Positions 10,617 through 20,673 of a stretch of 64,000 nt of DNA are shown piece by piece (position 1 is the first letter of the stretch; the number at the start of each line of letters is the position of its first letter). The DNA lies in contig CAWAGQ010000006.1 of NCBI GenBank assembly GCA_963781585.1, positions 1-64,000 of the forward strand, written 5' to 3'. The stretch is from an uncultured Gemmatimonadaceae bacterium. Lineage in GTDB: Bacteria; Gemmatimonadota; Gemmatimonadetes; Gemmatimonadales; Gemmatimonadaceae. Below the pieces are notes generated by a model, which saw only the letters and a list, made by a program, of their open reading frames with translations, had not been told where the DNA came from and did no database searches. The position numbers were made by a program, and so were the translations under genes.

Positions 10617-11052
10617 GGGGCGTTCGGCTTCTCAGGGCCCTTCTCTCACACCAAGGCTCCTGGCTGATCACTCCGTCACGGAACCACTACCCCTCGGGGC
10701 TGCCCTGACACGTGCCGCGTTCTCGATCGATCTCAGCCTCCAGGTCACTGACGCTGCGGTCGACGACGACTCCGTCCTCCTAGTCGTTGATCCGACGAAG
10801 CAGACTCCCCTGAGGGTCAATCGGCAGCCGGCGCGCTTTCGGTAAGGTGCGATCACGCACCGAGCAGCTCCTCCAGCGCGAAGCGCGTCTTGGGCGGAAT
10901 CCGATCGCGCGGGAGGTACCGCTCCACGATCCCGATGGCATCCTCGACCCGGGCTGATGCATCGTGTCAATACGCACGTCATGACATACCGACTGGCGTG
11001 ATGCGGTTCGTTCATCACCACCGCCCCGCTCAAGCCACGGAAGAAAGCGAGG

Positions 11053-12207
11053 TTACCGCCCCCCGTGGGGACACTTCTTCCGCGCACTCGTCGAATCGAG
11101 CTCGAACACCTGCTCCTCGATCAGCACGCACACCAGGGTGTCCTGGGCAGGCGCGGTCCAGTACGTCAGACAAGTCCCGATCTGCGAGCGCGGATCGGCG
11201 CCCGGCGCCCCGCCCATCCGGACCTGCCAGCACGCCGCACCGAGGTCCTGGATCATGGTCCTCTGGATTCGCGACCACGCGGAGTCCTTCAGGAACCAGA
11301 TGTATGACGGATGATTCGCACCGAGAACGGCGGTCTGCGATGTATCGCGGCCGAAGAGCTGCACGACGGTGGCCGAGTCGACCTCGAGGTACGGCAGCTT
11401 GAAGACCTTGGAGATCCAGTCGCGGGCTGGCCCCCCGTACGCCACCACCGGCCGCGTGGGCGAGCCGGCGGGCGTCGTCCCACGGACCAGCAGCTGCAGC
11501 TGCGCCAGCGCGTACGGAACGTACGGTGGGACGGGCAGGGAGCTCCCCGCCGTGTCCGGGGCAGCGATCGGCGCCACGTCGACGATCGTCTCGTACAGCG
11601 GCGCGCTGTCCACCCGGACGCCATTCACATTCAGCAGCCCCTCCCACCGGCGGCTGGTATTGTCGCCCAGGTAGTTCATGTTGAGCAGCGCGCTGGTCGG
11701 CGGAAAGTGCAGCAGCTGCACCGAGTGCTGCTGGCGCAACGCGAGGCCCAGCGGCAGGAACGACCGCCACGAGGGCTGCCACTGTCCGCGGGTCGTGATT
11801 GCCTGCGCGGTGTCCCAGGCGATCTTGCCGTTCCGCAGGAATTGCTGGAGCAACGACGCGTACTGCTGGGCCCCATCGGCGGTGATGGTGGCCGAGAACT
11901 GGCCGTTGTTCGACGCGACGGTCACCGTGCCGGTCGATCCATCGCGGATCAGCGTGAGGCGGATGTAGTGCTGGATGGTCTGGGCGAGCGTGTAGTTGGA
12001 GTCGGGGTTGTTCGGGTACGAGAAGAGGTTGACCAGCGTGGCCGAATCACCCAGTGGGATCTGCACCTTGGGTGTGAAGGTGTTGGAGGCACTGTCGGTG
12101 CGCGCGCCATTGCCGCCGCCGCACGCGATCAGGAGCGCCGCCGCGACCGATGGCAATGCTGCGCGGAAGACCATGTTGGTGACTCGCCCGAACGTCTGTC
12201 GGTTCAT
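11053..12207 (-). CDS. Hypothetical lipoprotein
   Basis: LLIAC lipobox; 384-aa ORF with GC-typical codon usage. Confidence 0.75.
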   Translation of the reverse strand: MNRQTFGRVTNMVFRAALPSVAAALLIACGGGNGARTDSASNTFTPKVQIPLGDSATLVNLFSYPNNPDSNYTLAQTIQHYIRLTLIRDGSTGTVTVASNNGQFSATITADGAQQYASLLQQFLRNGKIAWDTAQAITTRGQWQPSWRSFLPLGLALRQQHSVQLLHFPPTSALLNMNYLGDNTSRRWEGLLNVNGVRVDSAPLYETIVDVAPIAAPDTAGSSLPVPPYVPYALAQLQLLVRGTTPAGSPTRPVVAYGGPARDWISKVFKLPYLEVDSATVVQLFGRDTSQTAVLGANHPSYIWFLKDSAWSRIQRTMIQDLGAACWQVRMGGAPGADPRSQIGTCLTYWTAPAQDTLVCVLIEEQVFELDSTSARKKCPHGGR

Positions 12208-12297
12208 TGGGGCTCCCGAATCTGCGGTCAGCGTCCTGCCAACAGCGGTCAGCCATCAAGTAAAGCAAGTCAGTGCTCAGCAATCAGCAACCCGCAC

Positions 12298-13935
12298 TCA
12301 GCCAGACGTTTCGGTCGTGAACTCCCCCTCCACCTCACGCTCGTATGCACGCACCTCGGCGTCCTGTCGCGCTGCATCCCACCCCAGCCGCGACCCCGCC
12401 AGCCCCGCCACCAGCGGCGCCAGCGACACCCCGTGATCCCGTGACTCGAACGCCACGTGGGTCCGCCGGATCAGCAGATCGCCTAACGTGAGCGCCATCT
12501 CGCGTTCCACCGCGTACACGAACTCGGCCCCGATCTCCATCCCGTCGGCGCTTACCTGCTCGCCGAGCGCCGGCTCGTTCAGCGCGATCTCCCAGACCAG
12601 CGGCCACCGGGTCCCGTAGACGGCCAGCAGCCGCTCACGCGCTGCCGCCGGCATCGGCACCGTGGCCGCATCGGCCATCAGCTCCGACGCCGGCTTTTCA
12701 CCGCCGGGCAGCGGCAGGTGCGACGTCACGCACCGCTGCACCAGCGGTCGCCCCACCGCGTCCACCACGTGGTCCACCACCTCCTCGGCCACCGCCCGAT
12801 AGGTCGTGAGCTTTCCCCCGGTCACACTCACCACCCCGCGCGCGCCAGTGGTGATGGCGTGCTCGCGCGACGCCGACGAGGGATCCTCGCCCGCCAGCCC
12901 TGCCGCCAGCGGCCGGATGCCGGCCCAGGCCGCGATCACGTCGCGCTCACCCAGCTCGGCTCCGGGGAAATACCGGTTGGCGGCGGCGAGCAGGTAGGCC
13001 ACATCCTCACGGGTCGCGCGCGTTTCCGCCGGACCCGTCGGCGCGGCGGTCTCGGTGGTCCCGACAATCGTCCGCTCGCCGGCCGGGAGGGTGAACATCA
13101 CCCGGCCATCGTCCGGATGCAGCATGGTGACTGCCTGACGATTCCCCACGCGCGTCCTCAGCACGGCGATATGCGCACCCTTGGAGCCGAGGATCGCCGG
13201 ACGCGCTGCCGGTTGCTCCTCGCGCTGCAGCGTGTCGGTCCACGGTCCGGTGGCGTTCACCAGCACCCGGGCCCGGACGTTGAAGGTTCGGTTGGTGAGG
13301 GCGTCCACCACGGTCACGCCGGTGGCGCGCTGCCCGGTGCCCACGAGCCGGGTGACACAACAGTAGTTGGCGACAGCCGCCCCCGCCTCGACCGCCGCGA
13401 CCGCGTTGGCGAGCGTGAGCCGGGCGTCGTCGGTGGCCGCGTCGAAATACAGCGCACCGCCTAACAAGTCGTCGCCTCGCAGGGCCGGCTCGCGGTCCAG
13501 CACTTCCTTCCGATTCAGCCGCTCGTGCTGGGCCACGTTGCGAAACAGGGCCAGCGTGTCGTAGAGTGCGAGACCGGCGATCAGCATCGGGCGCGAGATG
13601 CGCGCTCCGCGATATACCGGCCACGTGAACGCGAGGGGATGCACCAGGTGCGGCGCCAGGTCGAGCAGCAGGCGCCGTTCCCGGCTCGATTCGAACACCA
13701 GATGCAGATGCCCGTGCTCCAGGTAGCGCACCCCGCCGTGTACCAGCCGCGACGACCGGCTCGACGTCCCGCTGGCGAAATCGCCCTGCTCCACCAGCGC
13801 CGTGCGCAGCCCGCGCAACATCGCGTCGCGCGCGATCCCCGCGCCGGTGATGCCCCCGCCGATCACCACGAGGTCGAACAGCTCGCTCGCGAGCCGCTCC
13901 ATGGTCGTGGTGCGCTGCCCGACCGCGGAAATCAC
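12298..13935 (-). CDS. glpD: FAD-dependent glycerol-3-phosphate dehydrogenase
   Basis: GGGITGAG, GTSSRSSRLVHGGVRYL and GGKLTTYR motifs. Confidence 0.93.
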   Translation of the reverse strand: MISAVGQRTTTMERLASELFDLVVIGGGITGAGIARDAMLRGLRTALVEQGDFASGTSSRSSRLVHGGVRYLEHGHLHLVFESSRERRLLLDLAPHLVHPLAFTWPVYRGARISRPMLIAGLALYDTLALFRNVAQHERLNRKEVLDREPALRGDDLLGGALYFDAATDDARLTLANAVAAVEAGAAVANYCCVTRLVGTGQRATGVTVVDALTNRTFNVRARVLVNATGPWTDTLQREEQPAARPAILGSKGAHIAVLRTRVGNRQAVTMLHPDDGRVMFTLPAGERTIVGTTETAAPTGPAETRATREDVAYLLAAANRYFPGAELGERDVIAAWAGIRPLAAGLAGEDPSSASREHAITTGARGVVSVTGGKLTTYRAVAEEVVDHVVDAVGRPLVQRCVTSHLPLPGGEKPASELMADAATVPMPAAARERLLAVYGTRWPLVWEIALNEPALGEQVSADGMEIGAEFVYAVEREMALTLGDLLIRRTHVAFESRDHGVSLAPLVAGLAGSRLGWDAARQDAEVRAYEREVEGEFTTETSG

Positions 13936-13940
13936 GGACG

Positions 13941-14537
13941 ATGAGCGAGGAACCGAGCGACCGCGAGCGCTGGGCCGCGCGGTACGCGACGAATTCCGCC
14001 GACGAACGGCCGCCGTCCGACTGGGTCCTCGCCGCCTGCACCCGCATCCCCCAAGGCTGGCTCATCCTCGACCTCGCGGCCGGCGCCGGGCGCAACGCCA
14101 TTGCGCTCGCGCGCCGAGGATACGCCACGGTGGCGCTGGACTTCGTGGAGGAGGCGATCAGACACGCGGCGGCCGCGAACGCGCTGGTTCACGGCGTGGT
14201 GGCCGACGTGCGATCGCTGCCGATCCGGTCCGGATCGGTGGACGCCATCGTCTGTACGAATTTCCTGGTGCGGCCGCTGTTCGAGGATCTCAAGGTACTT
14301 ATCAAGCCGGGCGGGTTTCTGGTTTATGAAACGTACACCCTCGAACACCGCACGCTGGTCGAAGCGGGACTCGCTCGCGCACCCCGATCGCCTGAGTACC
14401 TGCTTCAGCCTGGCGAACTCCTTCGCCTCGTCGCGCCGCTGGAGATCATCGACCGGCGCGAGGGCCACGTGCGCGATACGGCAGGGGAGCGCTACTGCGC
14501 ATCCGTTGTCGCGCGGAAGCGCGGCGCTCCCGTTTGA
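13941..14537 (+). CDS. Class I SAM-dependent methyltransferase (TehB-like)
   Basis: LDLAAGAGRNA and IKPGG motifs. Confidence 0.85.
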   Translation: MSEEPSDRERWAARYATNSADERPPSDWVLAACTRIPQGWLILDLAAGAGRNAIALARRGYATVALDFVEEAIRHAAAANALVHGVVADVRSLPIRSGSVDAIVCTNFLVRPLFEDLKVLIKPGGFLVYETYTLEHRTLVEAGLARAPRSPEYLLQPGELLRLVAPLEIIDRREGHVRDTAGERYCASVVARKRGAPV

Positions 14538-14561
14538 CGGCGCGCGACTCCGCGCCGTCGC

Positions 14562-15461
14562 TCAGCGGTTCCCGTACGGTTTCGGCGGAACGGTCTGCAG
14601 ATACGCCCAGACCGCGTGGATCTCGTCGTCTGTCATCTCGCGGGTCAGCGGCCACGGCATGCCCGTCGAGTCGATGGCCGTACCGTCCGGTCGTTTTCCT
14701 TCACGCAATGCCCGGAAGAACGCGGCCTCGTCGTACGCCTTCAGGCCCTCCGGCGTGAGATTCGCCGGAGGACGCGGCGACGGCGGGCCGTTCGTCATCG
14801 GCCCACCCGAGAGCGTCTCGCCGTGACAATACCGGCAGCCTCCGACCGTGACGAGATATTCCCCATACTCCGCCGTGGGACCGGCCGGTGGCGCCGCGGG
14901 CGCCTTCTTGTCGTGATCGATCGCAAACGCCTCCTGCGCGGCATCGAGCTTCCCCGTAGCCAGCAGCACGCGACCAACGGGGCCCAGTTGGGGTCGCGCA
15001 TGCTCGCGATCGACCGGCGGAACGCTGCGCACGTACGCGATGATCGCCGCCACGTCGTCGTCGCTCAGCCGGTGATACATCGCCGACGGCATGATGAAGA
15101 GCGGCCGCCCATCCGCCGCCACGCCGTCACGAATCGCGTTCACCCACTGCCCGGCCGAGAGGTTGAATCCGAGTCCACCACGGCCGCCCGTGAGGTTTGC
15201 ACTCGCGATCCGGGCGAACATCCCGTCGTCGGCAACCATCCCTCCGCCCAGGTCGTCGCCATGGCACGCGACGCACTTGCTGATGGCACGCGCCAGGTGC
15301 TTCCCGCGATCGATGGTCGCGCTGTCCGTCGGAATGGTGATGCTCGGCTCCTTGATGACGATCCGTCGCGTCAGCTTCTGCGCGGACACTGCGTAGATGG
15401 TCAACAGGGCCAACACGATCACCACGGCGATGCCGCCGAGAATCCGGAGAAAGAGTCGCAT
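14562..15461 (-). CDS. Membrane-anchored di-heme cytochrome c
   Basis: N-terminal TM helix; CVACH and CRYCH heme motifs. Confidence 0.88.
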   Translation of the reverse strand: MRLFLRILGGIAVVIVLALLTIYAVSAQKLTRRIVIKEPSITIPTDSATIDRGKHLARAISKCVACHGDDLGGGMVADDGMFARIASANLTGGRGGLGFNLSAGQWVNAIRDGVAADGRPLFIMPSAMYHRLSDDDVAAIIAYVRSVPPVDREHARPQLGPVGRVLLATGKLDAAQEAFAIDHDKKAPAAPPAGPTAEYGEYLVTVGGCRYCHGETLSGGPMTNGPPSPRPPANLTPEGLKAYDEAAFFRALREGKRPDGTAIDSTGMPWPLTREMTDDEIHAVWAYLQTVPPKPYGNR

Positions 15462-15773
15462 TGATGGAGTGAGGGAGTACGGGTTGCGGTTTGAACCAGC
15501 GGTTGTCGACCTGTGTCGGTCGCTACGGTTCCAGGGTTCACATGCGGCGCAGGGGTGGCTGCGACCCCGCGCCGGCGATTCGCAAAATTTCCCGCGCATC
15601 ATGCATCGCGGAAACGAGAATGCAAGAGGACCACGCCGGAGATACGTCACGGACGGTCGCCGGGGCAGGCCATGCGGGCTGCTGGCGGCCGCTGACGCCG
15701 AACCGCCGATGGCGGATCGCCGACCGCTGAATTCCTGATCGCTGATCGCTGCCATGGCTGATAGCTTTCCGCA

Positions 15774-17057
15774 ATGCCCAACGGCCGTCGCGTCGCCATC
15801 ATCGCCGGCATCCGCACGCCGTTCACCCGCGCCGGAACGGCTCTCAAGTCACTGTCCGCCATCGAACTCGGCCGCCTCTGCGTCGCCGAGCTCATACAAC
15901 GCACCGACCTCGACGGCGGCACCGTCGACGCCCTCATCTTCGGCACTGTCGTCCCGTCGGTGCTCGCCCCGAACATCGCCCGCGAAGTCGCCCTCCTTCC
16001 GCATCTCCCCAAGGGCGTTCAGGCGTTCACGGTCGGCCGCGCGTGCGCGTCCGCCAACCAGGCCATCACCGACGCCGCCGACCAGATCACGCTGGGCCAC
16101 GCCGACGTCGTGATCGCGGGCGGTGCCGAGTCGCTGTCGAACGTCCCGATCCTGCATTCGCGCGGCTTCGCCGATGCGCTGGTCAGCGCGTCGCGCGCCA
16201 GGACCCTCGGCGCGCGCCTCCGCGCCTTGGCAACCCTCCGCCCGCGGGATCTGATCCCCATCACCCCGGCCATCGCCGAACGCACCACCGGCGAGACGAT
16301 GGGTCAGTCGGCCGAGAAGATGGCCAAGATCAACCACATTCCCCGCGAGGAGCAGGACCAGTTCGCGCTGCGCTCGCACCGCCTCGCCCAGGCCGGCACG
16401 GCCGATGGCCGACTCACCGCCGAGATCATGCCGGTCTGGGTGCCGCCGCATAACGCGAGCGTCCTCACCTCGGACAACGGCATCCGCGAAGACACTACCA
16501 TCGAGAAGCTCCGGACCCTGCCTCCGGTCTTCGATCGCCGGTACGGCAGCGTGACCGCCGGCAACTCGTCGCCGCTCACTGACGGGGCCGCCGCCATCAT
16601 CCTGATGAGCGAGGCGCGCGCGCACGAACTCGGCTACGCACCGTTAGGCTTCATCCGCTCCTACGCCTACGCCGCGCTCGACCCGGGCGAACAGCTCCTG
16701 ATGGCACCAGTGCTCGCGGCCCCGGTCGCACTCCAGCGCGCCGGCCTCACGCTGCGCGACATGGACCTGGTGGAGATGCACGAGGCCTTCGCCGCCCAGG
16801 TGCTGTCGAACCTCCGGGGCTTGGAGTCGCGCGAATGGGCCCGGCGCGCCGGATTCGACGAGCCGGTCGGCGAGGTCGACTTCGCGAGGCTCAACGTGAT
16901 GGGTGGATCGATCGCCATCGGACATCCGTTCGGCGCCACCGGCGCGCGCATCACGCTGACGCTCGTCAACGAGCTCGCCCGGCGGGGCGGACAGTTCGGC
17001 CTGATGACCGTCTGCGCGGCAGGAGGGATGGGCTTCGCGATGGTGGTGGAACGATGA
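15774..17057 (+). CDS. fadI: Acetyl-CoA C-acyltransferase (thiolase)
   Basis: RACAS, HEAFAAQ, GHPFGATG and CAAGG motifs; ATGA overlap with fadJ. Confidence 0.92.
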   Translation: MPNGRRVAIIAGIRTPFTRAGTALKSLSAIELGRLCVAELIQRTDLDGGTVDALIFGTVVPSVLAPNIAREVALLPHLPKGVQAFTVGRACASANQAITDAADQITLGHADVVIAGGAESLSNVPILHSRGFADALVSASRARTLGARLRALATLRPRDLIPITPAIAERTTGETMGQSAEKMAKINHIPREEQDQFALRSHRLAQAGTADGRLTAEIMPVWVPPHNASVLTSDNGIREDTTIEKLRTLPPVFDRRYGSVTAGNSSPLTDGAAAIILMSEARAHELGYAPLGFIRSYAYAALDPGEQLLMAPVLAAPVALQRAGLTLRDMDLVEMHEAFAAQVLSNLRGLESREWARRAGFDEPVGEVDFARLNVMGGSIAIGHPFGATGARITLTLVNELARRGGQFGLMTVCAAGGMGFAMVVER

Positions 17058-19207
17058 GCACCCTCGGCGTCACCATCGACGACGGCATCGCGATCGTTAC
17101 GTTCGACACTCCCGGCGAGCCGGTCAACATCATCTCCCGCGCCGTGAAGGACGAGTTCCTGGCACTCTTCGACCATCTCGACGCGGATCCTTCGGTCCGC
17201 GCGGCGGTGCTGGTGAGCGGCAAGCCCGACTCGTTCATCGCTGGCGCCGACATCGAGGAGTTCCTCGAGTGGAGCCTGGCCGCGCAGGCCGAAGCGGTGA
17301 GCCGGGAAGGGCACACGATCCTCGATCGCCTGGAGCGGCTGCGGACGCCGGTGGTTGCCGCCATCCACGGCGCCTGTCTGGGGGGCGGGCTCGAGACCGC
17401 GCTCGCCTGCGCCCATCGTGTCGCCACCGATCATCCGAAAACGCTGCTCGCGCTCCCCGAAGTGCAGATCGGCATCTTCCCCGGCGCCGGGGGCACGCAG
17501 CGCCTGCCGCGCACCGTGGGACTCCAGGCGGCGCTCGACATGATCCTCACCGGACGCAACGTCCCGGCGAAGAAAGCGCTTCGCATCGGCCTCATTCACG
17601 ACCTGGTGCACCCGGCCATCCTGCTCGAGATCGCCGTCCGGCGCGCCCGCGAAATCGCCGACGGCACGCGGCGCCGCAACGCCAACACCCGTCCGCGCGG
17701 GTTCATGAACGTGCTGCTCGACGACAATCCGTTCGGGCGCGCGTTCGTCATGCGGAAGGCACGGGAGCGCGTGCTGAAGACCACGGGCGGCCACTACCCG
17801 GCGCCGCTCGCCGCGCTCGAGGCGGTGAGCGCCGGCTACGACTCGCGCGAACGCGGACTTCGCGAGGAGGCCCGGCTGTTCGGCGAGATGGCGATGACCC
17901 AGGTGTGCCGCGAACTGATCTTCCTCTTCTTCGCCACCACCGCGCTCAAGAAGGATCCGGGCGTTCCCGCGCCGGCCCCCGCGCCGCTCCCCGTCCACAA
18001 GCTCGGCGTGCTCGGCGCCGGCTTCATGGGCTCGGCGATCGCCGCCGTCGCCGCGTTGCAGGAGACGATGGTGCGACTCAAGGACGCGGACCTGGCCGGC
18101 GTGGGACGCGGCCTCGACGCGGCGCGCGGGATCCTCCGCGACCGCTTCGTGAAGAAGCGCCTGACGCGGCAGGAGTTCGACGATCGGCTGTCTCTCATCG
18201 GCGGAACCATCGACTACTCGGGATTCCACAGCGTCGATCTCGTGATCGAGGCCGTGTTCGAGGATCTGTCCGTGAAGCAGGCCGTGGTGCGCGAGGTGGA
18301 AGATGTGATTCCCGCTCACGCCATCGTGGCGTCGAACACCAGCACTATTCCCATCGCGCGCATCGCCGCGGCGTCGAATCGGCCGGAGCGCGTACTCGGC
18401 ATGCACTTCTTCTCGCCGGTGCAGAAGATGCCGCTGCTCGAGGTCATCATCACGCCGGAGACGCTCCCCGAGGTGGCGGCGACGGCGGTGAGTTTTAGCA
18501 AGAAACTGGGGAAGACCGTGATCGTCGTGAACGACTCGCCGGGATTCTTCGTGAACCGGATCCTCGCGCCGTATCTCAACGAAGCGGGGCGGCTCCTCGA
18601 CGCCGGCGCGGCGATCGACGTGGTGGACAAGGCGCTGGTGGACTTCGGATTTCCGGTTGGTCCGATCACGCTGCTGGATGAAGTGGGACTCGATGTGGCG
18701 GGAAAGTCGGGGACCATCTTCGCCGAGGCATTCGGTGACCGGATGGCGCCGTCCCAGTCCCTCCGGCGCGTGGTGGAATCGGGCCGGCTGGGGCGGAAGG
18801 GCAAGCAGGGCTTCTACTTGTACGATTCCGACGGCAAGAAGGGGGGCGTGGACGAGACCATCTATCAGGTCATCCGACCCGACACGCCCCGCGCCGAGGT
18901 TCCGGCAACGGAGATCCAGCAGCGGTGCGTACTTGCCATGGTGAACGAGGCAGTCCGGTGTCTGGAAGACGAGGTCATCCGCGTGCCGCGCGACGGCGAT
19001 GTCGGGGCGGTGTTCGGGATCGGGTTCCCCGCATTTCGTGGGGGTCCATTCAGGTACGTGGATGCCGTGGGCGCCGACCGGATCGTCAAGCAGCTGGAGG
19101 ATCTGGACGTGCGGTTCGCCTCGCGGTTCACGCCGTGCGATCGTCTGGTGCAGATGGCCCGGCGCGGCGAGCGATTCTATCCGGCGACGGGGAGGCCGGT
19201 CACCTAA
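17054..19207 (+). CDS. fadJ: Fatty-acid oxidation complex alpha subunit
   Basis: Crotonase FIAGADI and PGAGGTQRL; HAD GAGFMG, ASNTS and MHFFSPV. Confidence 0.92.
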   Translation: MSTLGVTIDDGIAIVTFDTPGEPVNIISRAVKDEFLALFDHLDADPSVRAAVLVSGKPDSFIAGADIEEFLEWSLAAQAEAVSREGHTILDRLERLRTPVVAAIHGACLGGGLETALACAHRVATDHPKTLLALPEVQIGIFPGAGGTQRLPRTVGLQAALDMILTGRNVPAKKALRIGLIHDLVHPAILLEIAVRRAREIADGTRRRNANTRPRGFMNVLLDDNPFGRAFVMRKARERVLKTTGGHYPAPLAALEAVSAGYDSRERGLREEARLFGEMAMTQVCRELIFLFFATTALKKDPGVPAPAPAPLPVHKLGVLGAGFMGSAIAAVAALQETMVRLKDADLAGVGRGLDAARGILRDRFVKKRLTRQEFDDRLSLIGGTIDYSGFHSVDLVIEAVFEDLSVKQAVVREVEDVIPAHAIVASNTSTIPIARIAAASNRPERVLGMHFFSPVQKMPLLEVIITPETLPEVAATAVSFSKKLGKTVIVVNDSPGFFVNRILAPYLNEAGRLLDAGAAIDVVDKALVDFGFPVGPITLLDEVGLDVAGKSGTIFAEAFGDRMAPSQSLRRVVESGRLGRKGKQGFYLYDSDGKKGGVDETIYQVIRPDTPRAEVPATEIQQRCVLAMVNEAVRCLEDEVIRVPRDGDVGAVFGIGFPAFRGGPFRYVDAVGADRIVKQLEDLDVRFASRFTPCDRLVQMARRGERFYPATGRPVT

Positions 19208-19490
19208 CGAGGGATCGGCGCCCCCGGCGGCGCCGGCGTCCAGTCCTTCCCGGCTCGAGTGTGACGCACGCACTCGACCCCATGGGATGTGGACGACAGA
19301 TTGGATGCGTCCGCCGGCACCGAATGTGGGCACTGGACGGGCGGCAACGGGGCACTGGGAGCACACCGAACCAGGGTTGCACGGTGAAGCTGCGAGTAGT
19401 GAACAACGCATTGCCATCAATGGGGTTACGGAGCCCGGGCGGTTGTACGACCTGTGGCCTGTGGCCCACGGCCCGCGGCCTCGTTGACGC

Positions 19491-20063
19491 ATGACTCCTT
19501 TGCGGGGTCTACCTATTCAGACAACCGATGGCGATGCCGTCATCGTGGCTCGGGTGCTCGCGGGTGATACCGATGCCTACGCCACGCTGGTAGCGCGGTA
19601 CCGGGCACAGTTCGCGCGGTACGCGGTACGAATGCTCGGCAACCGGGAGGATGCGGAGGAGGCGCTGCAGGATGCCTTCATCCGGGCCTATCGGTCGCTG
19701 GGGAAGTGCGACGACCCCGAGCGGTTCGGATCGTGGCTCTTCCGGATTCTCGGCAATCGCTGTCGGACGGTCGGGACGAGGCGGGGGCGGCGGGAAAAGA
19801 CGTTCGTGCGCGACGACATCGCGCTTCTCGACGCATCCGAAGAGCACCCGGCCGAGCAAAGTGCGTGGCGTGAGGAGATTCAACGAGCCCTGATGCTGCT
19901 CGATAACGATCAGCGCGAGGCGTTTCTCCTCAAACACGTGGAAGAGCTGGGGTACGAAGAAATCGCCGCGCTCACCGGTGTGGGTGTTTCGGCGCTGAAA
20001 ATGCGAGTCAAACGTGCCTGCGAGCGGCTGAAGGGTCTGCTCCAGGAGGTCCAGGGTGTCTGA
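19491..20063 (+). CDS. ECF sigma factor
   Basis: DAEEALQDAF, FGSWLFRI and YEEIAALTG...KMRVKRA motifs. Confidence 0.92.
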   Translation: MTPLRGLPIQTTDGDAVIVARVLAGDTDAYATLVARYRAQFARYAVRMLGNREDAEEALQDAFIRAYRSLGKCDDPERFGSWLFRILGNRCRTVGTRRGRREKTFVRDDIALLDASEEHPAEQSAWREEIQRALMLLDNDQREAFLLKHVEELGYEEIAALTGVGVSALKMRVKRACERLKGLLQEVQGV

Positions 20064-20673
20064 TCCGACTGCAACGCCATTCATCGAAGCCATTGCCAGC
20101 GAGTTGAGGCGCTCCGTGCGTCTCGACCCGCAGTTCGATGATCGGGTGATGGCGGCGATCGAGACGCCTGAAGTCATCACGCTGCATCCGCGGGTGCTCC
20201 GCCCGTGGATTCTCCGCCCCCGCACCATTTCGGTCTCGCCGATTGGTGCGTTCGCGGCGGCGGCGGCGCTGGTGGGGATCATCGCCCTTGGCGTGTGGCG
20301 CCTTGAAGGGGGGGCGCCCGCGTCTGCGGTCGCGAACACGTCGGCGTCGGGCGCGCCGCTCGTCAACGTGGCCAATCGGTCGGGCAACGACGAAAGCGTC
20401 CGGTTCGTGCATCAGTTCCTCATCGTCGCGCCGTCGGCGAAGAAGGTGGCGCTGGTGGGAGACTTCAATGACTGGAACGGCGCGCAGACGCTGATGACCC
20501 GCGTGAATGATCAGGGCATGTGGAGCGTGAGCCTCCCGCTGAGCATCGGCCTCCATCAGTTCCAGTACGTCGTCGATGACACGTTGCGGCTCAACGACCC
20601 GACATTGCCGAAAACCGAGGAGGAATTCGGGTCGGCCAACTCGGTGATCAGCATTTCGGCGAGGCCCGAATGA
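20056..20673 (+). CDS. Putative anti-sigma factor with TM helix and C-terminal CBM48/AMPK-beta-like domain
   Basis: Overlaps the sigma stop codon; TM segment; VALVGDFNDW...WSVSLPL...HQFQYVVD. Confidence 0.8.
   Translation: MSDPTATPFIEAIASELRRSVRLDPQFDDRVMAAIETPEVITLHPRVLRPWILRPRTISVSPIGAFAAAAALVGIIALGVWRLEGGAPASAVANTSASGAPLVNVANRSGNDESVRFVHQFLIVAPSAKKVALVGDFNDWNGAQTLMTRVNDQGMWSVSLPLSIGLHQFQYVVDDTLRLNDPTLPKTEEEFGSANSVISISARPE

Noticed and set aside
19405..19428. CATTG-ccat-CAATG palindrome upstream of the ECF gene
   Set aside because: It is short and single-copy, so no function can be assigned.
16667..19492. 941-aa minus-strand ORF and many similar long ORFs
   Set aside because: These are antisense shadows of high-GC genes (here fadIJ) with no recognisable motifs.
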